DNA of 64,000 nucleotides from Haliotis rubra. Its lineage: Eukaryota. Under the pieces are notes generated by a model, which searched no databases, was not told the origin of the DNA, and saw only the letters and a program-made list of their open reading frames with translations. Numbering within the stretch: the stretch's first letter is position 1; the number at the start of each line of letters is the position of its first letter. Shown here one piece after another: positions 24,806 to 37,660 of this stretch. The DNA is taken from NCBI RefSeq assembly GCF_003918875.1, contig NW_025766975.1:930684-994683 (forward strand), written 5' to 3'. The translations under genes and the position numbers were made by a program.

Positions 24806-27800
24806 GTGAGTTTAGTTTTTCACCGCACTCAGCAGTTTGACGGAGGCGTTAGAAACTCTTGTAAACATATTTTTGGAAATTGTCAGTTGAAACAAATGAT
24901 TCACTTTTAGTGAAAATGTCAAGTGCCGTCGTAGCCGGATTTATATAGGGAGTGAAGAGCTGCGAAGAATGGTCCTGTACTAGAGTTATCCGCCCTTCCA
25001 TCCATAAACATGTCCGGTTCAATCGTCCCGAAACATTCTGACGGGATCGATTTTGAGATCTAATCGACTTGCGGATATTTATTTCAAGACAACTTCAAAA
25101 CGTCATTGGATTCAAGACCAGAGATGTGCTCTTCAAGCCTTTCTTAACATTTTGTAACATTAAGTCTTGGGCATGTTTCTTGTTGCTAATGCCACTCCTT
25201 GCTTCCACTGAACTCTTTTCTAATAATAAACCTTGATTGTGTTGAAATGTAAATTATTGGTTTTTCCTTGATCTTGTTTGGTAAAATAACGATTCCATGT
25301 TTTAGTTCTGTGCCAGCCGATTTCAAGGTTAAACTTTTGGAAATCACCATGTTGCATTATGAGTATAAAATGACGTATAAAAGAAACTACATACCGGATG
25401 CTTATATTCTAAACAATGTAAATATTTAACCAAAAAATGAAAGTGATTTTCAAGTCACAGACATTGTGTCCGTGTTGACAAAACTCTTATATAGCATCCA
25501 GTTGCGACGTTGGAAGCGCATCACGTACCTCGTCAAAGGTAGACTATTCAGTTCATGTTGACTGGTTTCTGACATGTCCCGAAATGGGCCCGGATGCCGA
25601 CGCACACAGTCGTCTGATGATGCTGTGACCCAACGCTGTTGATGTTGATGACGTCACTGTGGACATCTGGTTACGCAAGTGATGGTCATCTTGCGGGCGG
25701 TTCCTGGACTGTCAGATGTCCTGGTTGGCGCATCTCCTTAGTGTGGTTCTGAACGTCCAAACGTCCAGGCAATATGCTGTTCGAAACTCCCATCGCTCTG
25801 CAGCTGCTACTCTTGATATTTTGATGATAGGCTTTAACACGTGTACCGCTTACACTCTCATTACTGTATACTGTTGTTGCATATCGTGCACGTGCAAGTT
25901 AACAAAATTGTGGTTTTCATGTCATCCCATGAACAACACTGTGAAGGATATCTGTGGTATTTTGACAACATGTACACAATATTTATGACTAATAAGCCAC
26001 AAACAAAGCATATTTCTAAATATTTAAGCTGGTTTCTCCTCTTTAAAGACCAGTGGTATACTTATTTATACGTCAGTATAATGACGCGTATATTGGTTCT
26101 CTAAGGGCAATAAGTTGACAATTCATTTGTTGATGTTTTGTTGTTGTTTTTACCTTGGTCCTCGGAGTGAATAGGTAACACCTTAACTACAGCTCTACCC
26201 CATCGAACAATACACAGTGAGAAGATTAATGATACTGGTTCTACTAAGAAAATTAATGACTTGATGAGAATGATGAGAATCCATGGCAACAATCCTGACC
26301 ACGTCCTTTATTATAAATTCAATGAAAACCGTGTATTTCACACTAATACTTTCATTTTCATACTAATGAGATTTACAAGATTCAGAAAAAGTTTGCTTTT
26401 ATGTCACGAAATTTTATGCGTGCATTATGCCATGTGCCAAGTTGTCCGATTCTTCATTGTTTTCAGTGGCTTAGGTTTGGTACCTCAAATCTGTTGACTG
26501 TCATTTATACACGTCCCCGGGTCGAACATCAAGTCGCATCACTGTCCAGTAACCGTAGCACCTTCCCCGGCCGGCGGTCGGTACATCTCGGCACGTCTCG
26601 GCCCACTTCGGCACAGTTCGGCCTGATGGCGCTCATAACGGTTTCAGTAGGAACTTTCTTGTCCATACATTCTGTTCACTGTTTTATCGCATACTTTCAT
26701 CATGTATTGTTTTAAAATAAGCTTTGCCATGTGTTTCAGGCATTGCAAGACCATTCCGGGTCGTACAACTACTGGGTAGTTAGGTTAAAACTAGGTTTTG
26801 CCTGTAAGTGTTTAGAAAGCAATGTCGATCTTCTATTGCTTTACCTCTGGACATATTGCCTCGGGTGATATATTTCAACCCCTTATTTCTAGTAATCCTG
26901 GAATAACCAATGTCCACGGGATTGCTTAGTTTTAGTCAGGTACCTCCTGAGGTTAGTGAGGTTACTCCCTTGGTCAAGAACCTGTATGTTCTGCAAGTCT
27001 ATTTCCTTTTCAAGCAAAGTCGACTTTGCTCTGTAAGACTAGGTAAATATTTAGGTCTGTTCGCCTGATCATAACAATCCAGGAGACATATTGTAGGGAT
27101 AGGACAATGCCCATTTCTCCCTTACTTACCATGTCAGGGTAACTCGCCCTATAGAGCGCTGAGTTAGTTAACGTCCAGGCGATTGGTCACAGTTATGCAT
27201 AGTCATGCTGTCTTGTCAGAGAGTGTTTTTTTGCTAATAGCAGTTATGCCATTTCTTAGCTGATCAGGTTGTATATTTGCTCATGGTTTGTTGACCAGCG
27301 ATCGTTTGCCAGCTTTAACCGAGGCCTTGATCGTTTGTCCTTAGTTATAATGATAAAACGGTGACCTTTTACCACGTAGTTCATTGACGACCTGATCTCA
27401 GGAACAGGAAAATACCGGAATTTGCTACTAGAAACACTGACCTCCTGACACTCTTGCTAAAATGGAAGGACACTCTAGCTAAAATGGAAGGCTACATTGG
27501 TTGGGAGTCTACACAATGTCCGGAAAGGTCTTGTTGGGACGACTGGGCAGCGCTCATCGCGAGTCTATTCGCTGTCGGGGCTGCGTGTAACGGGTGCAAG
27601 GGTTGCGAGCTGATGACAATTCTAAACAACATAACCGACCCAGAATCACCCGCACCCGTTTGCTGCGAATATTTTAAACTGAAAAGTACAAACGAAAGAA
27701 ACACATATATTGACAAGAACCAGGTTCCTCACAAACAAAGGCGTTGGAAATAGACAATAGCTCGTCCGAAGTGCGAGACCTCGTCAAACTTTTCACAAAT

Positions 27801-28249
27801 AAACAACCAACGTCATTATTTCATCAATATCACATTTCAAATGTTCACCACAGTTGTCTTTTCAACATCCCCGACCAAAAACAGCACTACATAATACATG
27901 GTGAAAACACAAAAGAAGGAATTATATTCCATTTTGCCTCGATGAAATATCGCCATTACCTGGTCCCAACCTCATATATCTTACTTAGACAACCAGATAG
28001 ACACTGAAAGCTAGGCTGACGAAGATCGTGCATCAGATAATGTCCTTCATTATGCATGAGCATATAGCGGGGCCCTGCTTTGAGATCAGCCTCCATGGTT
28101 ATGTAGTAGGAGATGGTGGGAAGCCAGTGACCCGTTGCTGATGCAGCAACAAAAGAACCAGCTTCGCGTGTCACTTCGCCAGTAGGTTTGATTAGAGCTA
28201 TTTCAAGCTCCGTTGTGAAACTGGCCTATAAACCCTATTTTGTGTAATC

Positions 28250-28393
28250 AGCAAACCTACTTCTGCATGAATTCAAATATATCATTTATTAAGCAATATT
28301 AGACAAAGATTTGGTCTTTCAGCAAACGTACTTCTGCAGGAATCCAAATACTTCATTTTTTATTAAGCAATATTAGACAAAGGTTTGGTCTTT
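28250..28393. repeat. Direct duplication, ~70 bp x 2 (cagcaaacctacttctgca.gaattcaaata..catttattaagcaatattagacaaagatttggtctttc)
   Basis: Direct reading. Confidence 0.7.
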
Positions 28394-28839
28394 GTTGAAG
28401 GGAATCATCCTAATTTTGCAATCAACTTTTTCCCACCCCAAGAGTGTTTTGATCCACGTAAAGATTCTTCTGTAATGACATAGGTTTGGGGTGTCATTAT
28501 GATCTGGCTGTAAGTGACATCTGACTTCTTCCATCTCAGGTAACGTCGTCGATACTTTATACTACTAAATATTTGATAAGGATATTATACGACTCCTGGA
28601 AGGGGAGAGATTTGACTAGGTTTCTGTAGTGTCAAATTTCATTTGAAGTAATAATAAATAATTGTACACATTCGATCTACGCAACATCACAGTAGCTATT
28701 GCCTGATATAAACATCGGTGGTTGTCGTTAATACAATAAATGCGAAGGAGTTTTTGTTTTTGCATATAGATACTCTTCTCTCTGAACAACACTACCAAGT
28801 CTTGGTACAGATATTATGCTCACATTTCTCCGACTGTCG

Positions 28840-28842
<3 letters not shown>

Positions 28843-28870
<28 letters not shown>

Positions 28871-28886
28871 GAGGGGGGGGGGGGGG
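28843..28886. repeat. (GT)14 microsatellite followed by a (G)14 homopolymer
   Basis: gtgtgtgtgtgtgtgtgtgtgtgtgtgtggagggggggggggggg. Confidence 0.95.
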
Positions 28887-28925
28887 TTGTACACTACACG
28901 CCAAAAAAACCGTCACCCGCCTTCC

Positions 28926-29141
28926 TTAATGACGGAGGTACCTATCTTCAACTGGCGTTGTGATGCGTGGACGTCCACTTCTTGGTCTGTCTACGGTGAC
29001 TCCAGTCTGTCTGAAGCCCTGACTAAGTTTTATAACCGTGATACGGTGGCATCCGAGGGCGTTGGCAACAGCATTGTATGTCGACCCCATCTGCACCACC
29101 CCAATGGGTCTTTCTCTGACTTCAGCTGTTAATCGTGGCAT
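28926..29141 (-). pseudogene. Tc1/mariner-family transposase N-terminal (HTH) fragment: MPRLTAEVRERPIGVVQMGSTYNAVANALGCHRITVIKLSQGFRQTGVTVDRPRSGRPRITTPVEDRYLRH then stop
   Basis: Matches the characteristic Tc1-like N-terminal pattern MPRLS.E.R...G......A.....ST..RL...F..TG...DRPRSGRPR.TT...DRY. The ORF ends right after DRYLRH and abuts the (GT)n/(G)n tract at 28843-28886. No DDE catalytic domain follows. Confidence 0.55.
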
Positions 29142-29820
29142 ATTTCTCGTACTTGTGTATATCATCTTTTCTAGGCTCTCTTCATACCCTATAGAATCAT
29201 TCTTCATGTGAAATGGATGCAAATACTGCTTGAATGTTGCTGCGTTTTGGCGATTGATATTGCTATGTGTAAACGGAAAATGGAAAAATGTTACTTTGCA
29301 AGCAACAATGTTAACAAAGACCATTGTAGAAGTTCCTAAACATGTTTTTCACAATATCAAAGACACGTTTTACTTGTTTTCACTAATGCAAATCAGCAGA
29401 AAATGTTTTAAAAGGCTGAAATCATAGGAATGATTATTTTACAATTTTACACACTCTACAACAGTTGTTTCTTGTTTTAATAGTTGAAAAATGGTTATTT
29501 TAAATGGTTTATGTTTGTCCCAAAGCGGAATTTTAGTTCAACCTTTCTTTTGGACATCTAAATTGCTGTTATTGGTTTATTTCGGAATGGACGAAAATAG
29601 GACAATTTAATTCTTCTGAAAAAGATGCATTTCACCTAAATATGAATGCATTTGAGAATTTATTTTCGTGATTTGCATAAAGCTGTGTTGTTAAGCTTTA
29701 TTGTAAACTAATACCTTCTACCATATCTGTAATAGTTTTTAAGTAATTTATAAAGGTAGGGGGGTAACGTTTCTTTTGGCGTCTAGTGTATATAAATGCT
29801 TAATTTTGTTCATTATAAAG

Positions 29821-30070
29821 TGACCCGTGAAGGTCCGGGTTAGAATATTGATCTTCAGTAACCCACGCTTGTCGTAAGAGACGACTAATAAGATCAGGTG
29901 GTCAGGCTCGCTGACTTGGTTGACACATGTCATCGGTTCCCAATTGCGCAGATCGATGCTCATGCTGTTGATCACTGGGTTGTCTGGTCCAGACTCGATT
30001 ATTTACAGACCTCCGCCATATAGCTGGAATATTGCTGAGTGCGGCGTAAAACTAAACTCACTCACTCACT
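29821..30070 (+). mobile_element. SINE family B, full length with (CTCA)n tail; TSD cattat(a/g)aag (29811-29820 and 30071-30080)
   Basis: Head tgacccgtgaaggtccgggttagaat. Body ...gcgactaataagatcaggtggtcaggctcgctgacttggttgacacatgtcatcgg...gatcactgggttgtctggtccagactcgattatttacagacc. Tail gctggaatattgctgagtgcggcgtaaaactaaactcactcactcactc. Confidence 0.8.
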
Positions 30071-30096
30071 CATTATGAAGTGTTTTAACATGCGAG

Positions 30097-30246
30097 GGCG
30101 GTGGGTTAGCCTTGTGGTAAAAGCGTTCTCTCGTCACGCCGAAGGCCAGGGTTCGTTGTTTGAAGCCCATTTTTGGTGTCCCCCGCCGTGATATTGCTGG
30201 AATATTGCTAAAAGCGGCGTAAAACCCAAAATCACTCACTCACTCT
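30097..30246 (+). mobile_element. SINE family A copy (internal deletion); TSD ttaacatgcg (30085-30094 and 30246-30255 approx)
   Basis: ggcggtgggttagccttgtggtaaaagcgttctctcgtcacgccgaaggccagggttcg...gctaaaagcggcgtaaaacccaaaatcactcactcactc. Confidence 0.7.
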
Positions 30247-30400
30247 TAACATGCGTCTGGATCCAAAATACGCTATTCGATCGAAAAACATCGACAAGGA
30301 CTGATCCACATCTGGACAATAATCCGTATCAAATATTGACACGTATGTAACCTCTCTTAGTCGGAATGACCGAATTGTAACAACAGACTCGTTTGTTAGA

Positions 30401-30556
30401 GTGAGTGAGTCGGGTTTACGCTGCTTTTAGCAATACTTCAGCAATAAAACGGCGGGGGACACCAGAAGTGGTCTAATCACATTGTACCCAAGTGTTGAAT
30501 CGAACCTGGGCCTTCGACGTGATGAGCGTACGCTTTAACCACTAGGCTTCCCCACC
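30401..30556 (-). mobile_element. SINE family A copy in reverse orientation
   Basis: gtgagtgagtcgggtttacgctgcttttagcaatacttcagcaataaaacggcgggggacacc...gaatcgaacctgggccttcgacgtgatgagcgtacgctttaaccactaggcttcccc is the reverse complement of the family A consensus. Confidence 0.7.
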
Positions 30557-33399
30557 TTCCAATTCCTAGACGAGTTGCCGCTATATACTCCAACCTCACG
30601 GTCTCCATCCGAAGCTGACAAGCAGTGAACACCATCGTTATATATGATATACACTGACACTCGAGGTTTTCTATGAGGTATTTTATTTTTCTCAAAGGAG
30701 CGGGTTTTATTCTCTAATGGGGAATGGTTAACCCATCGAGAGTGATGCTCTTGCTATCGCCCATTGGTCCCACTGCGTAGACTCGAAATTACCAGTCGAT
30801 AAATACCGGAAAAAACTTTACTGATACGTAAAACGTCATTAAGCAACCCATTCAATACTTTCGACAAAGAAGGTGCAAATTACGTAGTATTTTTGTCATT
30901 AGCCTACATTTGTTCAAATGTATACTCATCTAAATGTATCATGTTTCATATTAAGCTCACATGTCTGCGTCATTATTTATTCATCTCCAAATGATTTGAA
31001 ATCTGCTCATACAAATCTACTTCCAGCAGCCATCATTACATTTACCAGAAAGGCAGTGAGATTTGCTTCCGTTCTACACAGTAAACACGCCAAATGCTTG
31101 TGTTCAGGAAACCACATCAGTGTTTGTCGACACCCAGTTAGCCTAACAATACCCGTATCCCGACAAGCCTGGCCTACCCTCCGGCTCCATTGTTGTTGAA
31201 AAAAATGATGAATGTGCTCGACCAGAAAATTGCAGAGGTCATGGTATGAGGGCAGAGTTCACACCGTCCACAGCAGAGCTGGGCAAGACTTAATAGACTG
31301 CAAATGAACTCTCATGGCCAACAATGGCCCTGGCATTACCTCGACAGACCGTCGATGACGGCCCATACTGCGACTTGATTCCTGGAGTCGCAGAGAACCA
31401 TTAAAATGGCCGGACCTGTCTACTTGATTGATGTATCATTGAGGGAACCCTCTGTTGGTTGTGACAGGCTATGTACGAGCCTCAGTCAGGGCTTGCATCA
31501 AGGCTCCCGTGCATACTGTTTCATTAGGGCTTTCAACTTGTACGGTATAGCGATGTACAAATTCTCAGTCAAATTACCAGATCTCGGTACGGATTCAGGT
31601 TAGGCCAATGTAGTATTAGTATCTGGTACAATTGGAACTCAAATTGAATCTGATATTTTACATGATGTTTCACTGAATCGTCGTGTCAGGTCAAAATGTA
31701 TCCATCAATGGATTTACATACAGTGGCATATCCTTATTAGGGCCATGTATGTAGATGACGTCAATCCTGCCCCAAATCTAGTGCTAGATGGAGATATTTA
31801 AGATATGGAGCCTGAAATACCCATGATTGCCAGGGGCATGTTTACCTCCATGTTGATTTCAATTATACGAACAAACCTGGCTCAGGTGACTGGTTTCGGA
31901 AAAACAAAAATCAAATAAAGGTGACGTAGATTTCACGCCGGTTGTTGGTCAGGCAAATTTGAAATTTAAAACCAGGAATGACAAATGATCATTAAGGAAC
32001 GTTTTTTCTGGGTTAATCTCTTTGTTTCCTTGGCTTTGACACAGTTCAAATGGGATATGTTTTAGATTATCGGGATTCCATGAACAGCTGGACTAGTGAT
32101 AATGAACCTTGTCCTGACGAAAACACGTGCTGTCTTGATAGTTTTCAAAATGTTATTTTACGCCGCAGTCTGTGATATATCTGCTATAATACAACTGCTT
32201 GCAATTGCTTCATATACATTTACAGAGTCTGATTACTGTCTTAATATTTAAAAGCTTATTCGCATATTCATTTAGAGTATATATTGGATAAAAGGGCACC
32301 TTTTTCAACCGAGATGTAAACAAAATAGTATTAGGTTTCTGACAAAACAATAAGGTTTTTATGTCAGTTACGTAAATAATAAGTATGTCTGTCATTATTG
32401 TGGTCTCATTTGGTGTACCACATACGGAAAAATGTATAGGGTCTGTTCCCTACTGTTCTGAAACTGTCATGAATGTGCCATCGCAGGCGTATGCATCAGA
32501 GACGTCAAAATCAACCATGTCTCTAGGGTTATTATGAACTCTTGTTTATGCCCCTGAACGATATAAATACACTTTAGAAGCTTCAGACAAAAAGAATGTT
32601 CTTCACCGTTTTGTTTTGTTTTGTTTGGGTCAGTTACGCTGGAAGTTGATAGCATGAGCGACAGGACGTCATCATCATAGACGCATTGTGACAGTGCAGT
32701 CATGGACATCTTTGAGACCGACATGCTGTTCTGAGAACCTTTTCTTTCCCGAAAATTCACTTTATTTTCATTTGAACACATACCGATGACACGTCAAAAG
32801 AATGGCATAGATGGGATTGATTGACAAAGAAGATAAGACGCGGTGTTAGCAAGTGATTCTGAGTTATTCGGCCGAGTTTTGTGTCTTGGACAAAACATAC
32901 GTCAATCATACGTCAACAGTAATAACAACGTATGAATTAATCACGAATTAAAACAAGCCACAACATATTTTCTACTGCGCAATTCTGAGATGGATGAATA
33001 ATTTTTCAGGACCAATGCTAATTTGATGGGTAATTTAACGGGTAATTTTAGTTCAAGAAATAACGTCAAACTTTATGGAAGTTCATATGCTTGATGGACA
33101 TTTAGAAGTTGGAAGGTAACATAACAACGTATGGTACAGATATACAACTTCTTTAATATTTACAACACGACTTTTCTGAGCAAATTCTTGCCCCTTCATC
33201 AGATGAGTGATGAAGGGGCAAGCATTAGCCCAGAAACGCCCTGTTGTAACTATTAAAGAAGTTATAAATCCATACCATACGTTGTGATATAAGAATATGT
33301 CCCCAGCAAACGAAGCTGGTGGTGAGAGGTGATCTCGTGAATCGGTGGGTAACATTGATGTCATTGTACCACGAAGATGCAGAATCTGCTTCACCGTTT

Positions 33400-33580
33400 C
33401 AGTCACCGGATTGTCTGATCCTGACTCGATCATGTTTTTTTTATTTATTGTCAGCAATATTCCATCTTTATGGCGGCACTGTGTCTTATTTTATTCTGGC
33501 TTTGTGGACCAGACAATCCAGTGAGCAACAACACGAACATCGATCTACGCAGTTGGGTTACAATAACGTACATGCCGCGA
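33400..33580. mobile_element. Two short family B fragments in inverted orientation flanking a T-run
   Basis: ccggattgtctgatcctgactcgatcatg (B sense) followed by tcagcaatattccatctttatggcggc...tggaccagacaatccagtgagcaac...atcgatctacgcagttggg (B antisense). Confidence 0.4.
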
Positions 33581-36074
33581 TCATATCGCTATAATATTAC
33601 CTAGTACGGCGTCAAACAAAACACCCAAACAAAACAGCTGGGATCTTGGTAATTATAAAACAGGTTAGCTAAAGGCTACAACAAGGTCCATCCTCTCTGA
33701 AATCAAGGTCTTCGTGTTTCTATACAAAATTCATCAATGACCAAGCTCATCTAAGAAGTATTATATCTCGAGTAGTGATCAGTTTTGGGCACCAGCGACC
33801 ATACAATCGATGGTTTATCATACGTGCCGCCCCCAGATACATTTCATGGGGCTGTAATGTGTCCAGCTATGGATTATTTACGCAGTCTGGTCATTTTCCT
33901 AAATATTGAAACATTTATTCGCACATTCATTTATAGCAATCTTCGGGGATATATCTCATTGAATAATAGGGCATCCTATTCTATCGAGGTTTATAGAAAA
34001 TACCATGGTAGTTCTTTGACGAACCGTAGTTTCTTTGAAGTGAGTTACGTGATATGTATGTCTGAAGATATTATGGTCTCACATCTGAACAGGATTCGGG
34101 GTGAAATATATAGGTAAATATTTAGGCTGTACTCTTTACTGTTCTAACATCATGAATGTGCTCCTGCAGTCCAATGCATCAGACTTAAAATGAATGGTTT
34201 CAAAATAGACAAAGTCTCCAGGTTTATTAATAACGCTTGTTTGTGCCCAAACGGTTTAAATACAGTTTAAAAGGTTCAGACAAAGGGGATATTCTTTAAC
34301 GTTTTCAAATATTTCCTGCCACTGAAAATACAATTCCTTTATTGTTGACATAAGCGCGTGCTGAATTTTGCCGAAAAGGCAAAAGTTTAAGTGTCTCACA
34401 ATATTCTTTGAAATACGCCAGCCACATCGACTCCTCTCAGAACTGAATATTCGTGGTCTCGGCGGCATAGGAGTATGGCCAGCTTCGTGGGTGTGTGTTG
34501 TGTCAGATCGGAATCTACACATGTTGGAACATGTCCCGTCCCTATGCGGCACAATTAAATATGTCCCTATGCCCTTCTAAGTACACAAATATAATAGCGC
34601 CCAAATCGGCCAAAGCTGTCTGGAAAGAGACAATGTAATTGCAAGACAATAAGATGTGGCACACATGAGTGCGCATGACCGTGGGGACCAGTTCGTGTTT
34701 TTGTTACTCTCTGCGACATGTGCGCCAAATCAAGCGACGACATGCCATCTGTCCACGAACTGTCCTCGGGAAGCCCGTGCAGCACGGCTAAATCTGTCCA
34801 CGACCATTTCGTGAGCTGATCGTTTGAAGTCCTAATTAAAGAAACATTTTAGTTGATTTGGGCTAAACCTTCTTCCTGTGTCATGATCTCGTATCTCCTT
34901 TTGATCGTTTATGTCCATTTTGGACGAAAAACTGTATGCCCCACCTACTTACGACGGGCGAGCTGACAGAGGCACGCGACGTGCAGAAGGACAGACGGGG
35001 CGACCGGGCGGGAACAGCCCAAACATCGATAATTTTATTGTAATGGCAGAGAGGACGGGAAATCTGAGATGGAGGCTTTTCAGCTTTTATCGCCGGTAAT
35101 AATCGTGAGAAGTTCCGTTCTCTACTTGCTCCATTGTTTCCCGTTGGTGTTCAATGTAATATGGCGTTATTTTCTTTTCACCGTTTCGCTCCTTGTGAAT
35201 AATTGTCGACGGCCGAGCGCGGTAGGGGGTGGTACCTCAAGGCGAAGGTGTTATGTGGCATTCGGTCCTGATGTTAAAGTCATCTTCAGACTCCTCTCAG
35301 CTCCACGGGAACTCTTTCATATTGACAACATTAGTTTACGATGTGCTATTTCATGCATAAAGTACAAAGTATCACGTGACTTGAAACGAAGCTAGTGAGT
35401 GTTTTAACTGGCAGGACGGAAGGGCTGATGCTTTAATCTTACTACGTCGTCAGAATATGAAATCTCATATTTGATGCCGAACGGTAGGACAATTAACGCA
35501 TATTTTATGTTCAACTTTTACATGTGCTTCTTGAAATTTCTTAGGCCTCCGTGATAGCTTGAGAAAAAAACCAAGTTGCCAGAGCTTTGATATCGAATCT
35601 GATAGCGAAGATAAACACTTCTATATGTGGGAGGATCTCTGATAATCATATTAACACGTTTGAAGAAATTAGATTAGCTGCAGAAGCATCACAAGAAGTA
35701 CTGAAAATGAGCGTGTATGTTTAAAATATATCCGATCTATTCCTATCTTCTGTGGATGATGTTCACTTCCTTCACGAAGGCTTCGAATCAAGTTTGTTGC
35801 TAGGAAACACATCAGATAGGATGGAAATGGAGGAACGCCCGTTACCCGCCTCTCCAAATACACAATTCAGCATGAAAAGAGGTTCTAGATTTGAGTGAAG
35901 TCTAATTGTGAACGTGTTACATTATGAAGCAGCGCCTCGTGGTAGCGGACAGAGCAGCAGAAAGATGACGGTCGGGGTTCGATCCTGTCAGCGTCATACC
36001 AAAAGACGTGAAATGATGTTACTTTTCGTTACCCTGCCTGACGATCAACATTACTGGGATATTATTGTTTTGTT

Positions 36075-36306
36075 GTTTTACGCCACACTCAGCAATATTC
36101 CAGCTACATGACGGCGGTCTGTAAATAATCGAGTCTGGACCAGACAATCCAGTGACCAACAACATGAGCATCGATCTAAGCAACTGAGATACGATGACAT
36201 GTGTCAACCAAGTCAGCGAGCCTGACTACCCGATCCCGTTAGTCGCCTTTTACGACAAGCATTTGGTTACTAAAGATCAATATTCTAACCCGGACCATCA
36301 CGGGTA
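36075..36306 (-). mobile_element. SINE family B copy (antisense), first of a tandem pair
   Basis: gttttacgccacactcagcaatattccagctacatgacggcggtctgtaaataatcgagtctggaccagacaatccagtgaccaac...ccggaccatcacgggtac. Confidence 0.75.
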
Positions 36307-36335
36307 CATTACAGGGTAAGAAAGACTGAGTATAT

Positions 36336-36576
36336 GAGTGAGTTTAGTTTCACGCCACACTCAGCAATATTCCAGCTATATGGCGGCGGTCTGTAAATAA
36401 TCGAGTTTGGTTCAGACAATCCAGTGACCAACAGCATGAACATAAACCTATTCAATTGGGAACCGATGACATGTGTCAACCACGTCAGCGAGCCTGACCA
36501 CCCGATCCCGTTAGTCGCCTCTCACGACAAGCATGGGTTACTGAAGATCAATTCTAACCCGGATCTTCACGGGTCG
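36336..36576 (-). mobile_element. SINE family B copy (antisense), second of the tandem pair, with GAGTGAGT head (= revcomp of CTCA tail)
   Basis: gagtgagtttagtttcacgccacactcagcaatattccagctatatggcggcggtctgtaaataatcgagtttgg...cccggatcttcacgggtcg. Confidence 0.75.
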
Positions 36577-36624
36577 TAATAAAGAGTAGTCTGGTCGGAG
36601 TCGGTTTACTGTATTTGAGTGGAA

Positions 36625-36760
36625 GTCCGTCATTGCAGCTTGGTGACCTAGATTGCAACAACAATACCACCAATAACAATAACACCACCACCATCAAGAC
36701 CACAAACAAAATAGATAACAAAAAACCCACAAAACAACTACAACAAAACAACCATCTGTC
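36625..36760. repeat. A/C-rich low-complexity tract (CAA/CCA-rich)
   Basis: caacaacaataccaccaataacaataacaccaccaccatcaagaccacaaacaaaatagataacaaaaaacccacaaaacaactacaacaaaacaacc. Confidence 0.7.
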
Positions 36761-37319
36761 CAGATTTATACAAGCAACCGCACACTAACGTGCATGAACG
36801 TCGTTTTATCATCTTGACCGCCACGTTAAACCTCCTTTTATCTCGCCTTACCTCGCCCTACCAAAAAGTTGGATATACTAAATAGTGTGATACCTCGATC
36901 ATTTTGCGGCCGATGACACTTTAACACATATATATTTCATTGAAAACATATCACGGGATTAATTAATCCAGAAGTGCGTTTCTCTGGACAGTTTCACTGG
37001 GAATGGACCCGATTAATTTCTTTGTGTATGCTACTTAAAGAATAACAAGCTACGGGGCAATATAGATTGTCTGACCAAAGCGATTGAATGGGAAAGTCCC
37101 GACATTTTGCAGAGGTACCCAAAACACTGATGCCCCATCATAATTAGAAGATAAAGCTACTCTGTTTTCAATTTTGCGGTCCTTTATCGTTGATTTAAGA
37201 CCGCTAAATGTAATTGAAAAACCGAACGCGTTAGCGTGAGCTCTCAGCCAATCAGAATCGAGTATCGCACCATGTGCTAGAATTCGTAATTCTGTGTTGA
37301 GGCAGCCCCTTGTTGACGC

Positions 37320-37450
37320 ATTCTTCTGTGTCTCCGAAGGCCGATTTGATTCCCCCCAAATGGGTGAAACGCTTATGTGGTGTCTGCAGCATTGCTGTAA
37401 TATTTATAAAAGCGGCGTAAAACCACACTCACTCTCTCACATACTCACAC
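37320..37450 (+). mobile_element. Diverged/truncated SINE family A copy
   Basis: ccgatttgattccccccaaatgggtgaaacgcttatgtggtgtctgcagcattgctgtaatatttataaaagcggcgtaaaaccacactcactctctcac. Confidence 0.45.
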
Positions 37451-37484
37451 AGTTATTCTGATTTTGTTTGTTTGATGTTTAACA

Positions 37485-37660
37485 GCGCATTCCAGCTATA
37501 TGGTGGCAGTCTATAAATAATTGAGTCTGGATCAGACAACCCAGTGATGAACATCATGAGCATCGATCTACACAACCGGGATACGAATACATGTGTCAAC
37601 CGAGTCAACGAAGGCTGACCACCTGGTCACGTTGGTCGGCTCTTACGACAAGCATTCGTT
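37485..37660 (-). mobile_element. Truncated family B copy (antisense), left arm of a head-to-head pair
   Basis: cattccagctatatggtggcagtctataaataattgagtctggatcagacaacccagtgatgaac...ggctcttacgacaagcat, truncated at the conserved catgcttgtcg position. Confidence 0.55.
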
